NCBI RefSeq assembly: GCF_040100845.1
Contig: NZ_JAZHSH010000001.1
Location: forward strand, 3,947,772 to 3,987,771
DNA from: Chengkuizengella sp. SCS-71B
GTDB lineage: Bacteria; Bacillota; Bacilli; Paenibacillales; KCTC-33759
Direction: 5' to 3'
Length of the DNA: 40,000 nucleotides
A program made the translations under genes and the position numbers. The notes beneath the pieces are model-generated. The model worked only from the letters and a program-made list of their open reading frames with translations. It was not told the DNA's origin and searched no databases. How positions within the stretch are numbered: position 1 is the first letter of the stretch; every line of letters begins with the position of its first letter. Shown here piece by piece: positions 5,759-14,946 of this stretch.

Positions 5759-8700
5759 CTATTGATACGTCAATATCAACTCTCCATCTTGATCTAAGTA
5801 CCCCTGTATTTCTCCTGTTTGCGTTCTCCATGCAGTTGGTTTAATAGCTGGATTTCTCTCACCTTCAGGTAGTTTGACTAACGGTTTACCTTTAATCGGT
5901 AGCAATAACCCTACCCCATTTTGAGAAGTATCTATTAATCCAGTTTCATTGTAGAAACTAACCACAAGTAGTTTTAACTCATTTTCATGCATGACTAAAT
6001 GACCGATAATTCCAACCATCGGTTTTTGTAAAGTGGATATTCCATATTGAGTGATAAAGTAGTCTCTAAATCCTGATCCATTGACTTGTATTTCTTTACC
6101 TATGTTTACATTCTTACTGTCTGCTGCTAATGGGATATTTGCAAAACCAAACTCACCAAACACGTTTAATGAGTCATTTCCAACCCTGTAAAGTGGATTC
6201 ATCCAGTGGTGTATACCTTGTTTATCTCCTGCAGCACTAGACAAGTCTGAAACTAATATTTCATCTCGTTCAGCTAATACCGTTACATTTTTAGTCGATT
6301 CTAGTTTCTGAGGAACAGGCACATGATCATACCAAAGAGCTACATTGTCCGTTATTCCTGTGCGGTATGATTTAGGGTTATATTCAAGTTTTATTTCTTT
6401 AGTTTCTTTACGTACTTTAACGATGTTGGATTTTACATAGTCTACTTCTTCACTTAGTTCTACATCTAGCTTGATATAGTCGGTGTATACAATACTATTA
6501 TTTTCTGCCGATGCTGGATGTGTGCTGTGGACTAGGATGTATACTTTTTGGTTGTTGGTGATATACGGTAAAAAAGGATCTGGACTAACTGAAATAGTCG
6601 TAGGTACATCATCTGTATTTGACCACCCATTTACCCATATTTTACTTTCTTCATTCCATACAGTCATTCTTGCTCCATAAGCCAATTCATTCCCATCGTG
6701 ACCTTGACCATAACCAGTCCATGAAACGGAAAGTTTACGAAGTTTGTCTTTTAGCTCGGATAAGGATAAACCCAAATGGGATAGGTCGAATTCGAATAAT
6801 CTACATCTGTGTTTACCTAACTGGCTAGTAATATTAGTTGCCAGTATACCGTCTTGTTTTGACAGATCATTGTATCCTATCTGAGTACTCTCATCATTAA
6901 AGCTGTACGGTGTTCTAGTGAGTATATCATCAGTTAGAGTACTACCTAACAAAGTCCTATTCGGTACACTTACATCATCCCCTACGACTTTCCCCAAATA
7001 GTTTAACGTGGTTTTAGATTTTCGTCCTTCGCTCCATGTTGGGTTTTCGTTGATGCCTTTTTCTAGTTTAAAATTTCTAGCTTCAACATAAGTCGCTGTA
7101 TCTGTTTCGTATTTTCGAACAACTATAGTTTCTAAGCTACCATTAGAAAAATCACTCATAAAGAAAGGTGTAAAATCATTCTCATTAAGTTGGACAGATT
7201 TTTTTATAGTATTTCCTTGCTTATTAAATGTATAAATACTTATCGTTCCATTTCCTCTTAACTCGACACTTACCGTAAATGGTTCACCTTCGAGTAAATC
7301 ACATGTGTTTGTACTTGGGTAAACATAGTCATCTACATTCAAATTGCTCAATTTAATTATTCCACCTATTTCTATTGTTGATGAATTTGAATTTATACTC
7401 AGGTCTTTGGTATCAATAGGAAACGCTTGATTCTGTGTTAGTAAATTCTCAGTCATCACTGGAAACTCATTTTTAGGTACTAACACATCGTATCTTGTTT
7501 CAGATACATCGATTTGTATTTCTAACTCTACATAATCTGTATAGATGGTGCTTGGGGTTACTCCGTCACTTGGGTCTGTGTGTGCTAGGAAGTGAACGAA
7601 ACCGTTTGAGTCGATTTTATTAGATAAGGATTCACCACTTATAAACAAGTCCTTGATAGAATTATAATTATGTTCTGTAGGTGGATTTCCAAATCTTTGA
7701 GAGTACCATTGGGAATATTCTTCATACCAAACATCCAAAAATGAAGCATTGCCATTGGGATTTTCTCCATAACCATGCCAAATAAATTTATATTTTCCTA
7801 ATATATCTTTCGCCCTCTGCACCTTATCCTCAATTGTCACACAACCTTCAAAAAAACCCTCGCCTAGTTTATCTTGAATTGCTCGGATGATGTTAAAGGA
7901 GAATAGTTGTTGTGGAATTTCTCCATTAGTAGATGTTGATACACCATTAACTACCTTACCGTCTAGTTTCTCTAAATTTGAATAGGCAGAGTTCGCAATT
8001 TCTGTGATGCTGTCATATGGTGAAATAAGTGTTGAATTTGTCTCGCTAAATCTACTTATATGAGAATTCAAGTCTGTATTTGTTTTTACTTTCCCCTCAA
8101 AATTAGCCTTAATAATAACAATTCCATCATCACTTTTAACCAATTTTTGCTTATTCACTTCACCTTCTAAAACATCCTTAGGTACATGTTCAATTCCATT
8201 TCCACCTGCATAGTTAACACTATATTCAATAGTAAGTGTTTCTTTATTATCATTTGGAGGTGTAATTATTGTATAAGTTGATTCGTTTGTTAAAACACCA
8301 TCCCATTTACCAACAATTCCATCTGCCTTAACAATACTTTTTGTAATTACTGAATTTTCATCTACATCTGCACCAAGAACTGCTTCAAATTGTATTGTTT
8401 TTTCAGTTGAATTTATGGCAGTTATATATCTTGTTGTGCCTGACCAAATATCTCCACTTGGTTTAACGATCAAAAAACTATCTCCTACTGAAAATTCACT
8501 GACATCATCCAGATATAAAACAGTACTGTTAACATCCCCTCTAACTACTTTTGCTAAAGAATTATCTACGGTGTCGATTATTCCAAACAATCCATTTTTG
8601 CATGTGATTTTAATCGTATCCCCTGTTGACCAAACACCTACTGTAGCTTGTGTGACTTCAATATGTTTTAAGTGGTCGTTAGATAGTACTTCTATTTTAT

Positions 8701-10405
8701 CGGACACTTTTTGACTTGTTTGTGCATCTGATAGGATGCGTTTTTGTTCGGTTAAATCGAATCTTGTATTGGTTTGTTGATTTACATAGTCCGCAGGAAC
8801 GTACCATTTGCCACGTGGTATAAGTAATGTTCCTAGTGTTTCGTCCGTTATGTCTCCAATAAAAATAGATGGTTTTGTATTGCCCCCATCTACAGTATCA
8901 TTATGAAAATATACTCTTGCGTACATAGCATTACTTGGTGTAGTTATATTATGATCTGGTATATGAGATATAAAGTTTAATTCAGAATCAAAAAATACCC
9001 ATTCACGCCTGTTAGTATTTAAACTTAATGTATATTTGGTATTGGGTGTAACTCTAAATATAGATGTTGTAATGTAGTTAATGTTGCCTGCGGAAGTTAA
9101 ACTTGTATTTGTTGTATCATGATTAACATATCCATATTCGAAACTACCATCCCATATATTCCCCACCACATAAGGGTAACTATCCTGCTGAACCTCAACA
9201 TAACTCGGTGCTTTCTTCAAACCAAAATACTCTTTATGCATGGTTACATTTCCGTTTTCGCTTGCAAGCAGTCGGTTAAATTCTTCGTTCATGAGTTTAT
9301 TGTAATCTACGCCTGTTAAGCTGACTTTGTGTCTTAGGTCGATGATGTCACGTTGATCTATTAGATTAGAGAATAAACCATTGGGAACGTCTGATTTAAT
9401 GTAATGTTCTGATGATGAACCTCCACCGTTAATTAATCCTAGATATGTTACAGTTTCATCGTCATTGATGGAAACAACCTTAGCTCTGTCAGTCCCCGAT
9501 AAAGATATAATGTCACCAACATGCATAGCATTTCGCAGTTCTAAACATGTATAAACAGTTATCTCTTGTCCTTCTACAGTTCTTCCTCCATCAGTAAAAT
9601 AAATTTCTCCCTTTATATACTCCCTTGCACCATTCACATTCTCAGGACTGTATTCTGATGAATTACGTCTTGATATACGAAACATAGGGATAGCATAGAC
9701 GTATCCGTCTGCTGTAAGTAAGGTGTCTTTTGAAGTATCAGAACCATTACCAGCAATAAACATTCCTAGATCGTTGAAATGTAAAAAATACTCTGAATCA
9801 TGATGTGTAGTAGCATTTGGGTTATTATATACACTTTCACCAAAAAACATAAACATGGCATTGCTTAAACTGGTGGGTTCAGAGTTTCCTCCTTGTGGTT
9901 TAACTAACTCATTTTTTTCTGAATAATTAAGGATATTATGATCAAAAATTCCTTCAGAATAAGTTTCAAAATCTACTCCTGCAACACTTCTAATCCTCCA
10001 ACTCATTTCATACCCATTACCCTCTATAGGGAACCAAGCTTCTAGGAATACTAAGTCCTCACGTTTTCCCTCTGTTGTTGCTCCTGGTAGTTCAATGACT
10101 GTACCTTCTGGAATAGTTAATATATATCCATTAATGTTGGCTTTTTCTTCTTTTAGTAATGTGATTTTGTTAGGTTCTGATAAATCAAGATCAGAGCAAT
10201 TTAGAAATCCACTGTGTATGGTATTACGTATCAAACCTACTTGAGCATCTTCAAGAGATACATCATTATCAATCAATGTTTGAAATACCTGATTAAAGTT
10301 TTCTGGGTAGCTTCTTGTACTTTCTGTAAAGCCTTTTACACTCTTGTTAACTCCGACTTTTTTAGTACCATTGATCTCAACTAACGTTTCTGGTTGAATC
10401 GGCAT
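5759..10405 (-). CDS. Large tail fibre / host-specificity protein (1548 aa)
   Basis: It is an uninterrupted 4.6-kb ORF downstream of the baseplate genes. It is beta-rich with an Asn/Thr/Ser-rich composition and contains an internal duplicated ~150-aa module. Confidence 0.75.
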   Translation of the reverse strand: MPIQPETLVEINGTKKVGVNKSVKGFTESTRSYPENFNQVFQTLIDNDVSLEDAQVGLIRNTIHSGFLNCSDLDLSEPNKITLLKEEKANINGYILTIPEGTVIELPGATTEGKREDLVFLEAWFPIEGNGYEMSWRIRSVAGVDFETYSEGIFDHNILNYSEKNELVKPQGGNSEPTSLSNAMFMFFGESVYNNPNATTHHDSEYFLHFNDLGMFIAGNGSDTSKDTLLTADGYVYAIPMFRISRRNSSEYSPENVNGAREYIKGEIYFTDGGRTVEGQEITVYTCLELRNAMHVGDIISLSGTDRAKVVSINDDETVTYLGLINGGGSSSEHYIKSDVPNGLFSNLIDQRDIIDLRHKVSLTGVDYNKLMNEEFNRLLASENGNVTMHKEYFGLKKAPSYVEVQQDSYPYVVGNIWDGSFEYGYVNHDTTNTSLTSAGNINYITTSIFRVTPNTKYTLSLNTNRREWVFFDSELNFISHIPDHNITTPSNAMYARVYFHNDTVDGGNTKPSIFIGDITDETLGTLLIPRGKWYVPADYVNQQTNTRFDLTEQKRILSDAQTSQKVSDKIEVLSNDHLKHIEVTQATVGVWSTGDTIKITCKNGLFGIIDTVDNSLAKVVRGDVNSTVLYLDDVSEFSVGDSFLIVKPSGDIWSGTTRYITAINSTEKTIQFEAVLGADVDENSVITKSIVKADGIVGKWDGVLTNESTYTIITPPNDNKETLTIEYSVNYAGGNGIEHVPKDVLEGEVNKQKLVKSDDGIVIIKANFEGKVKTNTDLNSHISRFSETNSTLISPYDSITEIANSAYSNLEKLDGKVVNGVSTSTNGEIPQQLFSFNIIRAIQDKLGEGFFEGCVTIEDKVQRAKDILGKYKFIWHGYGENPNGNASFLDVWYEEYSQWYSQRFGNPPTEHNYNSIKDLFISGESLSNKIDSNGFVHFLAHTDPSDGVTPSTIYTDYVELEIQIDVSETRYDVLVPKNEFPVMTENLLTQNQAFPIDTKDLSINSNSSTIEIGGIIKLSNLNVDDYVYPSTNTCDLLEGEPFTVSVELRGNGTISIYTFNKQGNTIKKSVQLNENDFTPFFMSDFSNGSLETIVVRKYETDTATYVEARNFKLEKGINENPTWSEGRKSKTTLNYLGKVVGDDVSVPNRTLLGSTLTDDILTRTPYSFNDESTQIGYNDLSKQDGILATNITSQLGKHRCRLFEFDLSHLGLSLSELKDKLRKLSVSWTGYGQGHDGNELAYGARMTVWNEESKIWVNGWSNTDDVPTTISVSPDPFLPYITNNQKVYILVHSTHPASAENNSIVYTDYIKLDVELSEEVDYVKSNIVKVRKETKEIKLEYNPKSYRTGITDNVALWYDHVPVPQKLESTKNVTVLAERDEILVSDLSSAAGDKQGIHHWMNPLYRVGNDSLNVFGEFGFANIPLAADSKNVNIGKEIQVNGSGFRDYFITQYGISTLQKPMVGIIGHLVMHENELKLLVVSFYNETGLIDTSQNGVGLLLPIKGKPLVKLPEGERNPAIKPTAWRTQTGEIQGYLDQDGELILTYQ

Positions 10406-10416
10406 CTTTCCACCTC

Positions 10417-10797
10417 CTAAAACTCTGCGTCATAATCAAATTCAATCACTGTTCCAGTATCCAATCCTTTATTGGTGAAGGTTTTCATGGCTACTAAATC
10501 ACCGTCTGAATCAATCAATCCTGCTTCATTGATGTTTGTTCCGATTAGGTTATCTATATCTGCATTAATGGTTGCAGAATATCTGGAGGTGTACGGATCA
10601 GGAAAAACTTGCATGGCAGTCTTTGATATCACTTGATTAAATAATGCTGTTTCATTTCCCGTTAACATTCTCGGTGTTCCGTTCCCTTCTGTGCCTCCGC
10701 TGCCAAATACAATTGTAGATACTTTAGGCAATGAGGCTATCCCTGCGTGTGCCTTAGCAAGCTTTTCTCTCCCTTTATTCGTTTTTACACTCGCCAA
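10417..10797 (-). CDS. Phage tail-collar fibre N-terminal domain protein (P2 gpH N-terminus-like)
   Basis: The pattern KGREKLAKAHAG…IVFGSGG…TGNETALFNQV…NEAGLIDSDGDLVA parallels the P2 H N-terminus (GAAKLAAA…MAVGDGGG…GQTGLIHEV…RELGLYDDAGTLIA). Confidence 0.6.
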   Translation of the reverse strand: MASVKTNKGREKLAKAHAGIASLPKVSTIVFGSGGTEGNGTPRMLTGNETALFNQVISKTAMQVFPDPYTSRYSATINADIDNLIGTNINEAGLIDSDGDLVAMKTFTNKGLDTGTVIEFDYDAEF

Positions 10798-10798
10798 T

Positions 10799-11560
10799 TT
10801 ATATCACCTCTTCTTTAATAAGGTTGTTATTTTTATAAGTTCTGATGGTAAGTGATTCAGTCTGTTCAACATACTGTCTCATTCTTTCTGGGTTCTCTCC
10901 TTTCATAAATGTGTTGCCGTCCATACCCCAAGAACCATCCGTATATATTCCATTTGAGTCCGGTGTAAATGGATAATTACCTGGTCCAATTAATCCTGCT
11001 TTAAAATGTATGGAGTCTTGTTTTGTATAATTAAGTTCAAAGTCGGTAATTAAATGGGTATAGATTCTCATCTTTGTCTCGTGATTAAGTTCCATTGAGA
11101 TGATGATTAACAGTCCCAAAATGTGTTCCAGGTGTGCAGGTTTCATCTCCTCAAATGTAGAGCGAAGGGTATCATAATCTACTAAGCTATCAATGTTATG
11201 TCTCGTTTTAAAAGCATACTCACCGAGTATGGGGATAAATTCCGCTGATCGATCCAAGCTGTATTTATTCGCTAATTCTAGTGCATCCTCTTTATTAAAC
11301 GTTCCTAGTCCTGACATTTTAGAAAGAATTCTTGAACGTCTTATATCTAATGAATCAGAAAGATTGGGAGTAATGAAAAAAGATTTTTCCCACAATTCAA
11401 TTCCCCATGTTGCAGTAAATATAAATAATTGGTCTAATACTTCTTTACTGTTTTGGGTCAATTGATCAAACTCAATGCCCTCAGCCTCAAGCAAGGTTTG
11501 CATTTCAGCATAACCCTCATAAAATAAGGGTAAATAAGATTTTAAATTGTCAGATTTCAT
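10799..11560 (-). CDS. XkdU/YmfQ-like baseplate protein (Tail_P2_I family)
   Basis: It has SYLPLFYEG…, ATWGIELWEK and RRSRILSK motifs as in PBSX XkdU. It follows the baseplate J gene. Confidence 0.8.
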   Translation of the reverse strand: MKSDNLKSYLPLFYEGYAEMQTLLEAEGIEFDQLTQNSKEVLDQLFIFTATWGIELWEKSFFITPNLSDSLDIRRSRILSKMSGLGTFNKEDALELANKYSLDRSAEFIPILGEYAFKTRHNIDSLVDYDTLRSTFEEMKPAHLEHILGLLIIISMELNHETKMRIYTHLITDFELNYTKQDSIHFKAGLIGPGNYPFTPDSNGIYTDGSWGMDGNTFMKGENPERMRQYVEQTESLTIRTYKNNNLIKEEVI

Positions 11561-12590
11561 TGATCGTCACCGTCCCTAATACGGGAATTTGCGTATCACT
11601 TAATTGAATGTTTTGTGTGCTTGAATTAATCGTTAGGTTTTCATGGTCAACCACATATTCAGTGGTTAGGAGAATCGCCCCAACCTTACTGATCCGAACT
11701 AAATTCTCTCTAAATGAAATAGATCGTAAATAGGTACTTATGGATTCTTCTGTTATGCTCTTTACACTTCCTACATCGCTACCGTCTTGAAGAGTGAGCG
11801 TTGCGGATACGTTAATCGGCACGGTTTCAGCACTCTCTACGGTGATTGTATGTCCTATGGGGATAATGGACTCCAAGTACTCTTGAACATTGGATACTAA
11901 CTCATCTGATGCAGGGGAATAAGTTGAATCCACGATGATGATTTTCACTGTTCCCCTCCCGTTCCAAAGAGAAATGATCCTAGCATCCCCCACCCCTTTT
12001 ACAGAAGTAGCCCATTCGTAATAGTCATTTACATTTCCACTAGTACGAGGTTTAGATACCTTATCTTGGTATCTTTTTGTTAAAGATTCATCATCTTCTT
12101 CATCTGTTCCAGGTACTAAAACATCCGAGAGTTCGGCACGAACTAAACCCTCAATATAATCCATCGGCAGTAAAGTTCCAAAAGATTGATTTCCTATCTC
12201 CCCAGAGATTTCACACTCTAAAATGAACTCCCCGACTTCTTGTTTCTCTATTACAACGTAATGTACATTAGATATTGAAAACCGACTCCCCATCACTACA
12301 TCTATGGGTTGGTCATTTTCCCCGTAAAATAATCCTTTACGTTTGGCTTTTGTAGGCTCCCTGCGAATGACCCCCATTTCTTTGGCTCTTAATGCTAAAA
12401 ACTCTCCGGTAGAAGTGCCTGCGAATCCTAATTTTAATACACTGTCTAACTCTTCATACATTTGTGCAAGTTCAATAGCCGAGGGAGCAAGGGCATCATA
12501 AATAATGCTCCCTTCTCGTTTATCAACATTATCAGGAACACTTTCCAGCATTCGTTTTAAAATATAATCATAGGTTTGATCCTCATACAC
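11550..12590 (-). CDS. Baseplate J-like protein (XkdT-like)
   Basis: MYEDQTYDYILKRMLESVPDNVDKREGSIIYDALAPSAIELAQMY is a typical Baseplate_J N-terminus. Its position is syntenic with PBSX. Confidence 0.85.
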   Translation of the reverse strand: MYEDQTYDYILKRMLESVPDNVDKREGSIIYDALAPSAIELAQMYEELDSVLKLGFAGTSTGEFLALRAKEMGVIRREPTKAKRKGLFYGENDQPIDVVMGSRFSISNVHYVVIEKQEVGEFILECEISGEIGNQSFGTLLPMDYIEGLVRAELSDVLVPGTDEEDDESLTKRYQDKVSKPRTSGNVNDYYEWATSVKGVGDARIISLWNGRGTVKIIIVDSTYSPASDELVSNVQEYLESIIPIGHTITVESAETVPINVSATLTLQDGSDVGSVKSITEESISTYLRSISFRENLVRISKVGAILLTTEYVVDHENLTINSSTQNIQLSDTQIPVLGTVTINEI

Positions 12591-12972
12591 TCAGATTCAC
12601 CTCTTCATTAAAATCTCCAAATTGTGAAATCACCGTAAACTGAACAACCATTTCATCACCGTTAAAGTCAAACTGAACATTTTTAATCCCTGTAATTCGA
12701 TCATCCTGTTTCAGTGCTTCTTCCATTCGATTTTGAATCTCAGCCTGTGCCATTGAACTTAAATTTGAAAACTCACGACCATAATCAAAACCGTAAATAA
12801 GATGTTCAAATCGTTCGGTTTGTAGAATTTTAAATACAGCTTGTTTAACTGCCTCTAATCCATCAACCGTGCCTGATATCTTCATTGTGTTATGATTTAA
12901 TCGATAAGTCCGACTTGGTTGTTGCTGTACAGAGATTGAATCATTTTGAATCTGCCCTCCTTGAGGAATCAT
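12583..12972 (-). CDS. XkdS-like baseplate protein (gp25/W-like, DUF2634)
   Basis: It has SRTYRLN…GTVDGLEAVKQAVFKILQTERFEHLIY..DYG motifs and a syntenic position. Confidence 0.75.
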   Translation of the reverse strand: MIPQGGQIQNDSISVQQQPSRTYRLNHNTMKISGTVDGLEAVKQAVFKILQTERFEHLIYGFDYGREFSNLSSMAQAEIQNRMEEALKQDDRITGIKNVQFDFNGDEMVVQFTVISQFGDFNEEVNLSV

Positions 12973-13292
12973 GAGCTCACCACCCTATCTAAAACAATGT
13001 ATTGTTGTCCTCCTTGAATCCGTAAAAGTAGGACTTTATCCCCTACTTCTAACCCTTTTCTTATCACTATAGGTTCATTTAAACTTTCTTCAGTGCCAAC
13101 ATGTGAGTGCTTCAAGTCAACTACAATTTCTGTCACGCTTTCAGGAACCACTAAAAAATCCTCTGGAAGTTTGAAACGCTGATCAACGTTTATTTCAAGA
13201 GGATTAATTTTTGCTACGGTTCCGTATAATATTTTCGTTGGACCACTCGCATTTACTGCCCCTAAACTTGCTTGTTTAATTAAATCTATCAT
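12969..13292 (-). CDS. XkdR-like baseplate spike/plug protein (DUF2577)
   Basis: It matches in size (107 aa) and position, and has the G.V…PLEI.VDQRF.L…FL pattern. Confidence 0.65.
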   Translation of the reverse strand: MIDLIKQASLGAVNASGPTKILYGTVAKINPLEINVDQRFKLPEDFLVVPESVTEIVVDLKHSHVGTEESLNEPIVIRKGLEVGDKVLLLRIQGGQQYIVLDRVVSS

Positions 13293-14260
13293 CCCACTTC
13301 AATCACCTTCAGTTCTAGTTTCATTGTATGGACATTACCCTCAAATTGATGAGTACATTCATCTATAAGGAAGTTTTGACCGATTCCTAATTCTTCGATA
13401 AAAATTGGTACATAAGATCCAGCGCGAATTTTGAGATCTCCCATCGCCTCTACTTTTAATTTCTTCTGTTCACGATTCTTCAGTTCTGCTAGCTGTTCTG
13501 TCAAAGCTTCAATTTGAGCTGGATTCATATTTTCAACTTTTTTATAAAACTGAAGCAAACCCCACTCTGAGATCGTTTCACTATCTTTAATAATGTAAAC
13601 GTCGCGTCGTCCAGTTTCTTTATTATCCTGCACAACTTTAATTTGATTGTAAGAGTCTTCTATGGATATGGAGTGTTTGTAATCATACATCAAGCTATCA
13701 TTGCCCAAGGAAATATCCACGGCTAAACTTTCAATATTTTTTAAAGTCAGTTGATCGACATCATCATATAGTACAAAGTTTTTGCCGGTAGCAATTAGAG
13801 TAAAATCCAAGGCTTTATTAATAATATCTAGAAGCTTTTGATTATCTTCCACTAACTTAACCTTATGTTCAGTATCCTCAAGTTCCCCTACTTGAAGTTG
13901 AAAATCAGATGCAATTTGTTGAATAATTTGAGTTGCTGTAACATTTGAAAATACATACGTATCATTCATCATTAGGTATCGAATCTGGTCGTAGGCTAAG
14001 ACTTTCAACTCTCTATCTTTGTTTCTGTCTGTTTTAAAGATATACCCTTTAAATATTTTCTTCCCTTCAGCACGAACTTCAACGATGTCACCAGAATCAG
14101 TTTTAAAACTCTTACTTTGATAAATACCGTTATTTAAGAGAGTGAACTCTAATTTTCCTGCACTCCCTATTCGTTTTGTTTTCCATTTCATATTCGAAAC
14201 GAGTTCTGATATATCCCACACGTTCCCATCTCGATTATCAATTATAACTTCTATATCCAT
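13289..14260 (-). CDS. XkdQ/YqbQ-like baseplate hub protein (late control D-like)
   Basis: 323 aa, syntenic between the LysM protein and the XkdR-like gene, with translationally coupled overlaps. Confidence 0.7.
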   Translation of the reverse strand: MDIEVIIDNRDGNVWDISELVSNMKWKTKRIGSAGKLEFTLLNNGIYQSKSFKTDSGDIVEVRAEGKKIFKGYIFKTDRNKDRELKVLAYDQIRYLMMNDTYVFSNVTATQIIQQIASDFQLQVGELEDTEHKVKLVEDNQKLLDIINKALDFTLIATGKNFVLYDDVDQLTLKNIESLAVDISLGNDSLMYDYKHSISIEDSYNQIKVVQDNKETGRRDVYIIKDSETISEWGLLQFYKKVENMNPAQIEALTEQLAELKNREQKKLKVEAMGDLKIRAGSYVPIFIEELGIGQNFLIDECTHQFEGNVHTMKLELKVIEVG

Positions 14261-14262
14261 GT

Positions 14263-14946
14263 CTAATCCTCCGGTATCTTTATAACCATACCTACGGGTA
14301 GTCTTTTTAAATCTGCTGTACTAACTCCATTCAATTCTTGGATTTCTCTAGATCTTGAACCGTCCCCCAAAATCTTTTTGGCCACTTTCCACAGGTTATC
14401 CCCAAGTTGGAGTGTATACGTTTTAGGTCGGATCCGGTAGTCAGGTCGTTGAGCAGGTTGTTTAATGAGCACCGTTTGTCCGTCCTGTTGCACAACTTCA
14501 ATTTTTTTAGCTGCATAGAAAATATATTCTTTTAATACAATGCGATAGTGGATATCCCCCAATGTACCAGCGACTTCTTTCCATTCAAACTTTTCAATGG
14601 TCATAGGTAGAAAGAAGTTAGAAGAAGGACCAGTTAAAGAAAATCGAAAAGGATGTTTTGAGTTTTTCCATTTACGTAAACGATCTACATATTCTTCTGG
14701 TTTAAACAAATCTATTTTACTTACTGTCACATATGGTAACCATGTATAAGGGAATATACTTTCAAAACTAATTTCAATTAATTTTGGACTTTGAATAGCG
14801 TTGATTTCACTTCCACCAATAATGTCAAAAGTATTGCTTTTTCCATTCTCTTTAATTTCTATTTTCTCTGGATTGATAGGTAGAATAAACTTTTCTGCAT
14901 CATTGTTATAACTCATTTTGATTTCATAATCTTCACTCATGCCCAT
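14263..14946 (-). CDS. XkdP-like LysM-domain tail protein
   Basis: It has a C-terminal LysM motif (YTLQLGDNLWKVAKKILGDGSRSREIQELNG…LPVGMVIKIP). It lies directly after the tape measure gene. Confidence 0.8.
   Translation of the reverse strand: MGMSEDYEIKMSYNNDAEKFILPINPEKIEIKENGKSNTFDIIGGSEINAIQSPKLIEISFESIFPYTWLPYVTVSKIDLFKPEEYVDRLRKWKNSKHPFRFSLTGPSSNFFLPMTIEKFEWKEVAGTLGDIHYRIVLKEYIFYAAKKIEVVQQDGQTVLIKQPAQRPDYRIRPKTYTLQLGDNLWKVAKKILGDGSRSREIQELNGVSTADLKRLPVGMVIKIPED

Noticed and set aside
3762-10405. Diversity-generating retroelement acting on the tail fibre
   Set aside because: There is no reverse transcriptase ORF, and I could see no template/variable repeat pair near the fibre 3' ends.
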